DNA of 64,000 nt, from the NCBI GenBank assembly GCA_023213395.1, contig CM041465.1, positions 88,047,741-88,111,740 on the forward strand. The letters run 5' to 3'. A program made the position numbers and the translations under genes. The notes under the pieces are model-generated. The model saw only the letters and a program-made list of their open reading frames with translations. It did not search any database and was not told the origin of the DNA. The stretch comes from Cycas panzhihuaensis (Eukaryota > Plantae > Cycadophyta). Within the stretch, counting starts at the first letter, position 1, and the number at the start of each line of letters is the position of its first letter. Below, piece after piece: positions 1 to 13,288 of the stretch.

Positions 1-148
1 TCAAAGGAATAATAGAGTGTATGAGAGAAAGTCTAACAATGTTTAGTATATTAACTCAAGCACTTCTAGGCACATAATAAGAAGGCTTGACTAGTTTAGG
101 CACATGTAGGAAGCCATTAGACACATTATCATACTAGAAGATAATATA

Positions 149-3100
149 GTGTTAACTATTAAGGGCATAAGGGAGGTCCTAATTACAAGTCCTAATTATG
201 ATGATTACCATATGAAGGACGTGTTTTATATGCTTGGATTAAAGATGAACTTAATTTTTTTTAGTCAGATAGAGGACAATGAGATGAGCCTTCTCTTTAA
301 AAATGAGAAGGATATCATTAGTGATTGTGAAGGGAAAATGGTTATGGAAGGTATGAGAGATAAATACCTTTATAGGCTCTTAGGTAAGTCAATAAACCAA
401 AGACTATATTTGATTACAAATATATTAAATAAAATTTAATTATGGTATGAGAGATTAGGGCATTTACACTCCCATGGCCTTTGTCTAATAAACAAGTTGA
501 ATATGGTTCATGGTCTCTCAAAGTTCAAGGCAAATGAGGGTATTTGTAAACTTTATATTTTGGGAAACAACATAGGGAGAAGTTTCCTAAGGGTAATGCT
601 TAGAGGGAAATTAAAAAACTAAGCTTGATCCACTCTGATATTTGTGGTCTTATGCTAATCACTTTGCTTAAAGGTACACAATATTTCTTGAGATTCCTTG
701 ATGACTTTTCTAAGAAGATTTGGGTTTATCCCTTGAAGGAGAAGTCTCGGATATTTAACATGTTTGAGGAGTTTAAAGAGAAGGTAGAGAATGAAAGCAA
801 ATAAAGGATTAAGATACTAAGGCTAAATAATAGAGGAGAATATACCTCTAATGCCTTATCCAATTTTGTAAATACCATGGTATAAGAAAGTAATTGATGA
901 TAACACATAACCCATAATAAAATGGAGTAGCTAAGAGGATGAATAAGATGTTGGTTGATAATGCCAAATTGATGATGAAGGTAAATACTATCTTAGATAT
1001 CTTTTAGGTATAAGCTAGTTATACAATAATATACCTGACTAGCATGAGTGTAGCTAAAGTTGTATGGAATAAAATAATAAAAGAAGCATAGTTAGGATAT
1101 AGACCTATTATAAGCCATCTTATAATCTCTGGAAACATGATGTATATATATGTTCCTAAAGAAAATTACCTAAAGTTTGATGATAAAAGTTCCAAGTGTA
1201 TCCTCATGGGATACAGTGAAGAAAGTAAAGCATATCAAGTATATGAGTTGGCATCTAAGAAGGTACATATAACTCTAGATGTCATCTTTAAAGAGTTAGA
1301 GAAGTAGGTTTAAATCGTGATTAGGACCTGGACACTTTAAGGATTTAATAAGACAAACAGAAGCAAATTAAGGAATAACCTGAATCTACTTCTTGAAGAC
1401 AATAGTTTGTCAAGTCTAAGATGGAGCTAAAGAAGTTAAGGAGGAGGACCATAAATCTACTTAAGATAGATAATTAGAGATGTAGCAAAAGGTCACTTCA
1501 CCTACTAAAATTCTCCCTAAGTAGTATTTAAAAATCATGGTTAAAGCTCAATTACTTGATATAGAAAGCAAATATAACTCAAGGCTGAGACCTCATATGG
1601 TTAATTTTGTTTTGGTAGTAGATGTGTTGGATGTTCATGAGGCTTCAAATTTTAAGGAGGCTGACCAATAATAAAAGTGGAGGACAACTATGGATGTTGA
1701 AATTTGAGATATTGAGCAAAACAAAATTTAGAATTTGATTGATTTATAGTAAGTAAATAGGTGATTCACTATAAATAGGTCTATAAGACTAAATTCAAAT
1801 CTGATGGTACTATGGATAAGTATAAGGCAACATTGGTTGCCAAAGGATTTATCTAGATAAAAGGGGTTGATTACCATGAGATGTTTACTCTAATAGCAAA
1901 GATGGTGATAATTAGACTAATATTAGTGATGGTTACTCAATTTAAATGGTAGTTACACCAGCTTAATATTGAAAGTGCCTTCCTTAATGGAGATCTCATA
2001 TAGGAGGATTATATATAATAACCACATAGATATATTATAAATGGAGAAAAACATCTAGTATGTCACTTAAAAGAGGCTTCCCATGACCTAAAATAGGCTT
2101 TAAAATCTTAGTATTCAAAGATTGATTAATATTTTCTAGACAATAGGTTTGAGAGGCCACCAATTGATCTAAACCTGTACATCAATGTTGAAGGAAATTT
2201 AGTCATCTTTATAGTTCTATATGTATATGATCTTATGATCATATGGAATGATGCATAAAAGGTTAAAGGCCTAAAGGATGATCTCAAGAAGGTATTTTAG
2301 ATGACAAATCTTGGATTACCCTACTACTTTTTAAGAGTAGAAGTTTGGTAGAAGCCTAGAAAAATCTTTATTTCATAGGTTGATTATGCCCGAGAGATTT
2401 TAAAGAGATTTAGAATGGAGGATTATAAAACTATACATACCCTCATGCAAATAGGTTTAAAATTTATAGCTCTAGATAATGATGAGGAATAAGTTGATGG
2501 TATGATATTTAGCCAGCTAGTTTGATCTACTTACCTACTACTAGACCTGATATTTCCTTTGTAGTTGGTATGGTATCAAGGTTTATAATTAAATTGACAT
2601 AGATCCATTAGAAAGCTATGAAAAGGATCCTAAGATATTTCTAAGGGGCATTATACTTAAGATTGAAGTTTAGTGAGAACAATAATTTTTGGCTAATTCA
2701 GATTCTAAATGGGCTAGATGTGAGGATAGTAGAAGGTCCACTTCAAGTTATTACTTTAGTTTGGGTTTTGTTGTTGTTACATAGAGTAGCAAGAAATAAC
2801 TTAATGTTGTTTTATCTTCTACTAAGGTAGAGTATAAAGTTGTTATTATATCAATTTATAAAGCCATCTAATTGAGGCAAGTGCTTGGTAATTTGGGATT
2901 ACATCAGGATGAGGCAACTATATTATACTATGACAATCAAAGTACCTTGAAGATTTATATGAATTTGGTGTTTTATGCTTGTAGTAAACACATTGAGGTG
3001 TATCATCACTTCATTAGGGAGTAAATCTAGAATGGAAAGGTTGAGATTTTATATAGATTAGTAGAGGAATAATTAGCTAATACTTTTATAAAACCTATAC

Positions 3101-3150
3101 CCAAGGACAAGTTTGGTAAATTTAGATTTTATATCGACATTAAATCCAAT
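149..3150 (+). pseudogene. pol: Copia D pol remnant (integrase, RT, RNase H) with many stops and frameshifts
   Basis: Manual translation of conserved copia motifs; ORF 149-439 is one fragment. Confidence 0.9.
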
Positions 3151-3171
3151 GATATGAAAATTAAGAGGGAG

Positions 3172-3456
3172 TGTTAGATTAATGTTCATATATATGACAA
3201 AATTAGGTAGATAAGTTATTAAGAGTTATAAAGTCCTAAACATGCTTATGACACATGTTAAGATAGTTACATATTCATGTGTAGACTATTACTAATCTTG
3301 CTTGTACTTATATTTATATAGTATTATGTTTTTAGATTAAGAGATTGTAATGGATTTGTAATAAATACAAAGTCAATTTGAAGGCAGATTAATTCTTTTA
3401 GAAAACCCATGTTTATTTGGTTCTATTTTTTAATCTGAAACTCCAAAGTCTTACCA
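3172..3456 (+). repeat. 3' LTR of copia D
   Basis: Starts tgttag directly after the PPT. Probable end is ttacca at 3456, where gypsy-like sequence resumes. The partner LTR is not in the window. Confidence 0.65.
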
Positions 3457-3850
3457 GCCCATGTCCCCTTAATAATGCTTCAACTTATCTAGCATGATGA
3501 GTAATATTTATCACCTATAAATAAATGCTATAAGATTTATAGGCCTTAGAGGAAAGAAAAAAGAAGTAGAAGAAAAGTTCTAAAGTCACCACCAAAAAAA
3601 TAAGTAATATTTTAATAAGGCAATTACCACCAAAAAGGATTTTTTGCTAAGTGATATGGTTTTGGTCCAGGATAAAGCAAGGGAGAAGTTAAATAAATAT
3701 AAGAAATTTGATTCTTATGGTTAAGACTACTAGAGGTAGCTAAAGTCATGAACACTAATGCTTTTAAGTTGGAGACCATCAAAGGGGACCTATTGTCTAT
3801 TCTAATTAATGATGAATACCTTAAAGTATTTCACGCAAAGTTATGTTAGT
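3457..3850 (+). pseudogene. C-terminal end of a non-chromovirus Ty3/gypsy integrase (GPY/F region)
   Basis: Translates as DMVLVQDKAREKLNKYKKFDS...AKVMNTNAFKLETIKGDLLSILINDEYLKVFH, matching the GDLVL..KF...W.GPY...NAF.L..L.G....P.NG..LK.Y pattern. Confidence 0.75.
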
Positions 3851-4397
3851 TGGTCTTATAAATATTATGCATCCTTCTTAAACTCTACAATATGCATTAC
3901 CACCTTTTATGTTTAAATTTTTATTTTTGCAATGATTTTTATAGACCACTAAGGGTTACATATAGTAATGAGCTGAATTATTACTCCTTTTATAGGGTAA
4001 CTAGAGAAAAAATTTATTTCGAACATTTAGAGTATTTGATACTATGTAATAATACCCTAATGAAGTGAAAGGAACTTAATTTTAGCTCAGATATATACCA
4101 TTTCATGTAGAAGGGGTTTCTACATGAAAGCCCAAAGATCTTTGATTATCAAATACAATGAAGATGCCTTTAGAGAATGTTCTTGAGAATCCTCTAAGTT
4201 CCTAAGTTGTGCAAACTTGTCTAAGATCATATCATACAACAATTGTGAAAGGAAAAAATACAAATTCTCGCATAAAATAAACTTTGTAATATGGCATTTC
4301 ACAAATCTTTTTCTAAGCCTTGCAAAGTAATATTAAAAGAGATTATGAAAGATGGACTTATGGAATCTAAGCAGTGAGGAAAATCTAAGGAGATTTT

Positions 4398-4505
4398 ATA
4401 AAAGTATAAAAAGATACTCATTTGTGAAGGTTTCATAAAGATATTAAAAGAAGGCTCACTTGTGAAGCTCATAAAATTATTAAAAGAGAGTAACTTGTAA
4501 AAAAA
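4398..4505. repeat. Degenerate ~36-bp tandem repeat (about 3 copies) downstream of the gypsy integrase
   Basis: Core motif recurs as aaaagatactcatttgtgaag, aaaagaaggctcacttgtgaag and aaaagagagtaacttgtaaa. Confidence 0.55.
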
Positions 4506-5094
4506 ATAAAGACATATCCAAAGGAAGTGGACCCTTAACTCGTAAGTTCTCTAAAAGGACTCTTTACAGAACTTCAAAAATAAGTCATGAAATAGGCGTT
4601 TGTGAGGTAGTAATGAGATCACTCATAAACTTTTGATCTCATGAATCTTTAGTTTATAGTTTTTAAAAGTTATATTACAAGGTTTGATAGTTGACAATAG
4701 AATTTAAATTTCACCTAATTATAACATGCTAATAAATATTATGGTAAGGTTTGGGTAATGATAAGAAGTTAAATCCTCCTCCTTTTATATTATTCTCCTA
4801 TTATAAATTATAATACTTCTAAGTAATTATACTAATAAGTCATAATATAAAGATGAATAACATTTTGAGGTTTTTGTAAAATATCAATATTTTTATTTGA
4901 TTGCTCATGTGTTTTTCTTTCTTTCTTTCTTTCTTATTTAACAAAAGCTAGTATGTATACAACATGTGGGCAGTCATAGATATTAAGAACACCATAAAAT
5001 TTAAGTGGAAAATTTTATATAAGTTTGATAAAGATGTGCAAAAAGTGAGTAATGATAGTTAAGTTTTATTTTGATTAGAATGGCACATGAGGTA

Positions 5095-5431
5095 TATTAG
5101 AATAATGCCTATTAAGGCTTGTGTTTACCTAGGGTTAATTTCCCATATTGCGGTAATAAACTAGATATTGGTGGAGATATCATAATAGCTTTATGTCAGA
5201 CCACTAGCTGTACATAGCCACATCTTATGAAATATTAATAACATCCATTATGGTATTTATTAATGTTAATCGACAGTGGATGTTGAGTGGTGTATCACAT
5301 CCTTCTCACATCTTGCTTATTTATTTATAGGGTCTAAAGACCCTAGTGTTCATCAACACCACCACTTTATTAGGTTGATGGTTAACTCTCTGGTGTATTC
5401 TCTCTATTCCCTTTGTCCATTGATTCCATCG
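5095..5431 (+). repeat. 5' LTR of copia A
   Basis: Colinear with 35828-36163 (cctagggttaatt, ccactagct, ggtctaaagac, aggttgatggttaactctct, gattccatc). Confidence 0.9.
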
Positions 5432-5433
5432 TT

Positions 5434-5445
5434 TGATAGCAGAGC
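5434..5445 (+). promoter_or_regulatory. tRNA-iMet primer-binding site of copia A
   Basis: tgatagcagagc matches TGGTATCAGAGC at 10/12 positions, 2 nt after the LTR. Confidence 0.75.
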
Positions 5446-6015
5446 TTAGTTTAGGAATTTAGAGTTTAGTTCAAGTATTCCCAAGTTTAAAAAGCAATTG
5501 TTTAAGAGCCAAGATTGGAGAAGCTATCGAGAGTCTTATTGAAAGCTATGAAGAAGTTATGAAGAGTTTGTCACTATTCACATTGCTGGTATATGTACAC
5601 TCATAGTCAATTTAATTTATCATTTATATTATTTGTGGCTCTTATCTTTGTATTTTGTCACTCATATTATTAATCTATCTAGGTATATAATATCATTGTA
5701 TTCAAGCCATAGAGCTCCGATGATATTTTGTTAGAAGTTATTTTATACATGTGAGTCTACTGGTTTGTCTGCACTAGGAATCAAGTAAAAGCCATTGTAT
5801 GTTTATCTATTCTAAGTGTTGTACACCTTACAATTACATACTAAGGATTTGCTTCCACTTTCTTCATCTGTAGGGAAATTTATTTCAACTTGCATTCACT
5901 TATTTATATTCTTGCTTCACTCTCATTTATGAATATTTGTTATTACTCGTTGGTCCATTAATCTCAGTACCCTCACTATCTCTGATTGCATTATCAAAAT
6001 ATTCTTGAAACCTTA

Positions 6016-6413
6016 TATTAGAGAGAGGCTAATATTGTATAAATATTAATTAAATCATATGTATAAACATCCAGATCATTATCACACTAGATTGGTAGGT
6101 GGAAAACCCCTATAGAGGAAGAAAAACCAGCTCTATAATATAGTATTTTATTAATAATAAAATCAAAATACATTGGTATATACTGAGGACCTCATCCTCT
6201 CTCTCTAAAGATCAACCCAATTAGGATACTCCATCAATGTATCCAATCATAGCCTCAAGATTCTTGAATAATTCATTCAAGAAGATAGAGTAAAGTTCAT
6301 TGCATGGACAACAATCCATTTCATCAAACTTTCTAATAAATAATGATTAAATATATAACATAAAGTTATAAAAGATAATATTATAATATTAATAGAAAGT
6401 ATTATTTCTAACA
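6016..6413 (-). repeat. 3' LTR of copia B
   Basis: Colinear with 30845-31212 (ggtggaaaaccc, aatcaaaatacattggtata, ggatactccat, atttctaaca); adjacent to the PPT. Confidence 0.92.
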
Positions 6414-6499
6414 TCCTCCTTTATTGTTATCTCTAGTATAATAGAGAAAGAAGAAGATGATGAAGACTTTAGCACTTCAATCCCCATTTAATGAAGACT

Positions 6500-9400
6500 T
6501 CATTAACTTTTAATAACTCTCATAGCTTGACAAACTTGGCTTCTATCAATAGTTCAGTCAATATACTAACGATTTATAAATCTGTAGGATAATAAGATAT
6601 GTTAATAGTTATCATAATAAAGATATTATAATGTTACTTTTATAAACTCACTTTATTAAACTTAATATATTATACTTAATTATGTAAGTTCGTTGAAATA
6701 ACAAACTGATCATTTCAACAAACTTTTCTATCTCCTTAAAAGTCTCCACCTCGATTCTTGGAGGCTTGCGTGCTTGTTTGATGGATTGCTATCCATAGTT
6801 AGTAAGGTATAATATTTTAGTCAGATGACCATGGTACATAGAACCAAAAGAGGAGGCTGACTAGGTTTTCCTTTCTTGAAGGAAATGTTGCACTTTACAC
6901 AAGATATAGGAGAGAGGATGAGATTCTCATTAGAGCCTGTAATGTATATTTATTCCATTAATATATATTTATATTTTTAAGGTGTTTTTTCATTCCTTAA
7001 TGGGGTTTTTCACTTGTCTACGTTTTGTGTTATTTGTTATTTGATATTCTGTACTTTTTATATTTAATTATTCAGCTATTAATTTATTTATACTCAGTTT
7101 TATTAACCTGCTCTAGTGTTTATTGACTGTCTCTCCAATAATAATATTATTATTTATAAGATTACAAATAAAATTCTAATGTAATTCTATATGTTTTGTT
7201 TTAGAATACAGTATAAGATTAAGTGTGATAGAAATAACACCTTGATTATCAACTTTAATCTGAATAGAAGAAGTAGAAAATAAACCAAGTTTATTTAATA
7301 AAGCTTTAATCCATGGAGATTTCTTACTAGCTTCTACTAAGGTTTGATATTTAACTTTATTTATAGATAGTTTTAATAATTGCATCTTTTTACTTGACCA
7401 TGTGATAGGAGAAGAGTTGAGAAAGAAGATATAATCTAGTTGTAGATTTCTAATAATCTAAATTACCTACCTAATCTAAATCTATATAACCTATTAATTT
7501 AAGATTAGAATTACAATAATTATATCTTAGCCTATAATAGATTATGCCTTGGAGATATCGTAGAATTCTTTTTGCCATTTTCTATTGTAATTCATGAGGT
7601 TTTTTTATATGCTTGGAATACATGGCAATGGTATAGGAAATGTCTAGGCGAGTATAGGTTAAGTAAATAAGACTTCCTATTAATTGATGATATAACATAG
7701 AATCACAAGGGGGGTTTGATAATTTATTAACAATTTAATACCTAATTATAAAGGAGTTGGATCTAGTTTTGAGTTCTTTATATTAAACATTTTAATTAGA
7801 TCAAGTATGTATTTAGGTTATGAAATAGAAATGAAAGATTCAAACTGATAGATTTATAGACTAAAAAAGTAGGGAAGAAGTCCTAAGTCAATCATTTCAA
7901 ATTTATTCATTAGAATATATTTCAATTAAAGGATATTAAAGAGTAGAGATCCAGTGATAATAATATCATCAACATAAAGAATTATAATAGTAATATTATT
8001 ATTTTCTCATTTAAAATAGATATTGGAATCACTAACATATTTAATATAATCACTTTGAAGAAGATAGTTATTTATTTTAATGTACTAAGTCTAAGGGGCT
8101 TGTTTAAGACCATATAAAGATTTTTTTTTTTTTAATTTATAGATAATATTAGGATTATAACTAATTCCTAGAGGTTGGGATATATAGATTTATTCGTCAA
8201 GATCATTGTTTAGAAAAGCACTCTTTACATTTATTTGATGTATTTACCAGCCAAACTTAACTATAAGAGCAATAATAATTTTAATTATATTCATCTTCTC
8301 TACTGGAGAAAAGGCTTTAATATAATCAATACTATCTATTTGAGAGAAACCTTTAGCTACTAAGCATGCTTTATACTTTTCTATGACTCCTTCATAGTTA
8401 TATTTAGTTTGGTAAACCCATTTATTGTCTACCAAATTTTTACTTGCTGGTAATGGTACTAAATACTAAGTTGAATTCTTTAGAAGAGCATAATATTCTA
8501 TTTGCATGGCTTGTTTCCATATAAGATTATTATAAGTGTCCTTATATGTCTTAGGATCATTGTTGGCTATTACTTTGGCCATTAATGTAAAGTTGGTTTC
8601 TAACCTTTGTGATCTAGCTTTTTTGGCATCTAATGTATTACCAACATCAGGACCAACATCAAAAAGGGTTTTTTGATCCTATTTTAGTTATTTGTTTCTA
8701 GTTGGATGGTTTGAAGAAGATGGTTGATTTATAGAAGATGAAGGATTAGATTGATAAGGTTCTATTAAAGTCTAGTTTTGGACTTGTATAGAAGTACTTT
8801 CAATGATTTCATTTTCAACTCATTTTTCTGAAGGATCAATTAGTATAGTATTAGTTAAAATAATTTTGATAGGAAGATCAATTTGATTAGGATTAGAGTT
8901 TGATGAAGATCCCTCTACATAAAAAATAACATTATGCATAATTGAAATAGTATGTATGATAGGATCTAGTAACCTATAAGCCTTACTTTCTTTGCTATAT
9001 CTAACGAAGATAAATTTAGAGCTTTTAGGATCTAGCTTTTTATGTATTTCCTTTAGAATATATTCCTAAGTAGTACTTCCAAAGATTTTAAGGTGTTTTA
9101 TAGATGGTTTATGACCAAATTACTTTTGTTCCAGTGTAATATTTTGAAACATTTTAGCTGATAATCTATTTAATAGATAATTGGAATAAGTCATTACTTC
9201 AACCTATAATTTTAAATCAAGACTTTTTGCATATAACATACATCTGGTCATTTCAACCAAGGTATGATTCTTACATTCAGTAACATCATTTTATTGGGAA
9301 GTATATGCAACGAAATGTTAAAATCTTATTCCATATTTTTTGCAGAAGGAAGTGAATTCATTACTTAAATATTCTTTTGCATCATCTGATCTAAAGATTT

Positions 9401-11214
9401 TGATTTTGAAGTTGGATTGATTTTCAACCAAAATTTTAAATTCAACAAAAATATTAAACACTTGACTTCTATTCTTAAGTATGTAAACCCAACATTTTAA
9501 AGAAAAATTATCAATAATGTAACAATGTATTTGCTTTTAGAATACAATGGTACTTAGAAGGGACTACAAATGTCTGAATACATAAGTTTGAGTGGTGATT
9601 TTTCTTAAAATGAGGTTTGATGAGGGAAGGGGTCCATGTGTTATTTACCTATTATACAAGGTTCATAAACACCATAAACCATTGATGAAGGTGGGAGACC
9701 ATGAACCATGTCATATTGATTTAAGTAATATTGTTTTCCATAATTTGTATAGCTAAATTATGCTTGCCAAAGTTTACTAATTGGGTCAGATTTAGATATG
9801 AAAATAGAGAAGGGTTTAGATTTAGAATGATTTAGATTTATTAAACTATAAAGACCTCTTTTATAGTTAGCAGGTTTTGAAGTAATGGGTTTTAATTTAT
9901 TAAATAGTTGCTTAATAATAAACTGTCTTTCTATAATTTGACTATAAGGTCCTTCTAGTAGATCTTATATATAGATAAAAGATTAGGTAATAATCCTGAA
10001 ATATAGAAAACATCATTGATAGATCCATCTTTTAGGGTTACGTCTCTTGTTCCTTTAACTTTCAACTATAAACCACCTTCAAGAGAGATTTTCTCTTTAG
10101 AATTAGAATAAGGTTAATAGGTGAATAAGTATTTTTGATGTCCTGTCATATGGTAGGAAGCACTATAATCTAATATCCATAAAAGTGGTTTGTAAGGAGC
10201 AAATAAAATAGATATAGTGGTAGTTAACAAATCATGGAATCTTGATTTGAACACTTTTGAAGCTTTCCACACTTTAGAGGTTATTCTATTCTTACAAACA
10301 TCTATCATATATGCTCTTTTATGATAGTAGATACAACTGATATTTTGATTGTTATTAGGTTTAAAATTATTCCTTATTTAGAATATTTGCTTAGGCGAGT
10401 TTTAGTTTTTGGGTGATCCTAAATATTTAGGATTTTGATTATAATTATTTGAAGTAGAGCCTCTATGAGGTTTTCAAAATTTAGGATAACTATTATAATT
10501 ATTTTGTTCATTGCTTTGATTTCTTGATTTATTTTATGTCTTAAATTTGGAAAAAAGAGCCTAATAAGGATCTTACATTGTCCTTATTTGGATTAACATA
10601 GACTAATATTTAACTAGTTGGTTTGTGAGTTGATAAAATATAATGGGAGGGTGTCTACATTACTGTCTAAGAGTTTGGTATTGATTGAAAGATTTTACAA
10701 GCTTGTTGATAGTAAGATGGATGAGTGTGTCATCATCTTTTGTGTGAGTTGTGGTTATGACTTTATCATCTACTTTATTTGATGATTTAATATAGTTTCC
10801 TAACTATATATTTATGAGTTGAAAGTTGGATAAGAAGTCTTTAACTCTAAAAAAATCTTTATATAAATGATATATGTTTTGTTTAAGAATAATGATTTGT
10901 GTTGTATCTACCTTATTGTATTTTTCCTTAAGTTTAATCCAGATAGAGGCAAGATCATTTATATCATTGAATTACCTATGTACATCTAATGAGAGAGAGT
11001 TTAATATGGTGCATAGGGCTCTATCACAATTCATCAGATAAACCATATATGCTTTTATTTTTGTATATGTAGGTTTTGCAAACTCTCTAATCATGTACTG
11101 CCAAAGATTGTGTAATTTAAGCTGATTTGATACTTTGACTTTCTAATTGGCATAATTTATATTGTTTAAAACTGAGATTGAGATGGAAGAGGTTGTCTCA
11201 TATATGATTGCTAT
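6500..11214 (-). pseudogene. gag-pol: Copia B gag-pol remnant
   Basis: Gag N-terminus (LNNINYAN*K), zinc knuckle ~10330, protease WILDYSASYHMTG, integrase, RT (KYKACLVAKGFSQ), RNase H (SKTKHIELH). Confidence 0.9.
6632..7166. mobile_element. Solo LTR inserted in the RNase H region of copia B
   Basis: Non-coding 535-bp block with termini tgtta...attaca and flanks tataa/aataa. It splits the RNase H motif right after KHIELH*NFI and contains an LTR-type ggggtttttcac motif. Confidence 0.7.
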
Positions 11215-11866
11215 TTTAGTAAAGAAAACCTAAGTAAAGAGATCCTCTTTCGATGAGAAAAATAAAAGAAATGATAAGGTATATATATAGAAAAATAAAC
11301 TTATGAATTAAAATAATTAAGCTATAATTATAATGTATAAGTGTAATTAAAAAAGGTGAGTGAATGGGCTGAGACAAAATGGATTAGGGCAACGCTAAGA
11401 TATAATGATGACTGGTCTAGTCTAGTTAAGGTTCATCGACAACTGCGGCAGCTAGACCTTTGTGGATTCTGGTCCCAAGATCTGGAGGAAGGTGATGTAT
11501 GAAGGTGAACCAGAGGAACAAGATGGGGCTTGGCCCCATATTGCAATTTCATCCCTCATGGGATGGCTTGACCAGTCCAAATGGAGGGAGAGGCCTGATC
11601 ATTCTAGCCTGTTGGTGGATTCATCGTGGTGCTCATTAGGCAGTGACAACTTGTTCAGCCTTCTGGATGGTCTAGGATGAGATTGTCTCTAAGTGGATCT
11701 TGGAGAACAATAGGTAGATCCAAAAAAGTGGTTTGGGGAGTAAACTTTATTCAGAGGTGGGAGACATAGCCTTTAGGGAGGATTCTTCATAATCTGGCCA
11801 AGCTCTATGGGTGCCAGATTAGTTTTCAAGAGTCCTTATTATGTTTTGTTCTATTTTTTAAACTAA

Positions 11867-13260
11867 ATGGAGCAATAAGACCCGTCAAACCAAACTCAGT
11901 CCTCTCCTTCGGGAAGGACATACCTTGATATGCTAAGAGATGGAGGGATAGATGAATATGTGATTAACCCTATCCTTAAAGATAATCATATAAAAATTCC
12001 TGTACTACAAGAGCTAATAAAAAAAATGGTGCAATATTGGGAAAATAGCCTAGTTGGGAGGTTCTTTAGGCCCATATTAGGACTTGATATCATTAGAAAC
12101 TAGGCAAAGAACAAAATGAAAAATGAAGAATCTGGTGGAGGTGATGGTTATGCCTAAGGGATGTGTCCTCTTCAAATTTGTAAATCAAGAGGATATGATT
12201 GTCATTCTTTTAAAATCCCCCTGGATGCTTGGTAGGAAGGCCATTATCCTAGAGAAATGGCATCCATATTTTGACCCAGCGGTTCCAATAATAAAACAAA
12301 CCCCAATTTGGGTCTAGATGCCAGGGCTTCCCTTAAAATTTTGGAATCTAGAAGTTGTAAAAGGGGTGGCTAGAGTAGTTAGATCTCTACTAATGATGGA
12401 TTTGGTCATAAAAAATAGATCTCGGTTGATAAATGCTAGGTTTTATGTTTTGGAAAGATTTGATAGAGACCTCCTAGAAGAGGTTGGCATTGAATCTAGG
12501 GGATGGAATATTGACCAAAAGTTAGTTTATGAGTTGGATGGCTTCAAATGTCCAAAATGTAGGTGTTGTGGCATTTACCGTTGAAGTGTCCAAGAGAAAC
12601 AAATAAGGCTGAGGTTGAAAAGGAGGGAGGACCTAACAAAGCCAACGAGGATACAGGGCCAGATGCAAATATGGATGTTGCCTTAGGCACTAGGGTAGTT
12701 CCTCCAGAACGGGAGAAGGATGGACTCAATGAGGATCCCACCCTAAAGAAAGATGAGGGGGTGGAGTGACCTAAGGATCAATAGGTAGGGCAGCAAGGGC
12801 TAGTTAGCCAGGGTGGAGAGGAGAGGAAAGAGTGGGGCCCACTTGGGACAGTTGAGCCTTCTCAGGTTGAGCAGTCAAAGGAGATCAACTGGGATAATAA
12901 GGACTATCTTTCATATGAAGAGGAGGGGAAGGAGCAGGCCTTTAGTAAGGGGGATCCACAGTAAGGGCTCTCAGTTGGGGCGTTATGGGCCAGCCTAGAA
13001 TGGATTGCAGGGATAAGGGGGATTCAGATTCAGGGAAGGTAATAGACAAGGCTTATAGGTGGATAAAAAGAGATAAAGGAGCTTAGGAGGATTCGTCTAG
13101 TTTGAAGAGAGCCCCTGACCTTGGTAGTGATAAAAAGGTTAGCAGACTGTCGAGGAAGGTGATTCGAGATAGGGAAACTATGTCCCAGATTGACCTAGGG
13201 TACTAGAGTACCCTAAAGAAAAGGGTAATCAAAGGCACATTCCTTAGGAGTAGGAGATGA
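11867..13260 (+). pseudogene. LINE-a ORF1 (DUF4283-like RRM region plus zinc knuckle)
   Basis: WENSLVGRFF, FKFVNQEDM...SPWMLG...LEKWHPYFDP, PIWV*MPGLPL.FW, FKCPKCRCCG. Confidence 0.85.
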
Positions 13261-13288
13261 TCTTGTGGGGATAGAGGGAGGGATGGCC

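Larger units (their letters stand above)
1..3456 (+). mobile_element. Ty1/copia LTR retrotransposon (copia D), decayed; 5' part lies outside the window
   Basis: Copia domain order: Pol beta-barrel (VFYMLGLKMNL), GAG-pre-integrase (LWYERLGHL ~440), integrase core (LIHSDICG, FLDDFSKKIWVY), RT (DKYKATLVAKGF, SAFLNGDL, TRPDISF), RNase H (SKHIEVYHHFIRE). PPT aagagggag at 3163-3171, then tgttag. Confidence 0.93.

Noticed and set aside
11462-11680. Possible upstream ORF in the LINE-a 5' region
   Set aside because: No clear counterpart could be aligned in LINE-b, so it is treated as UTR.
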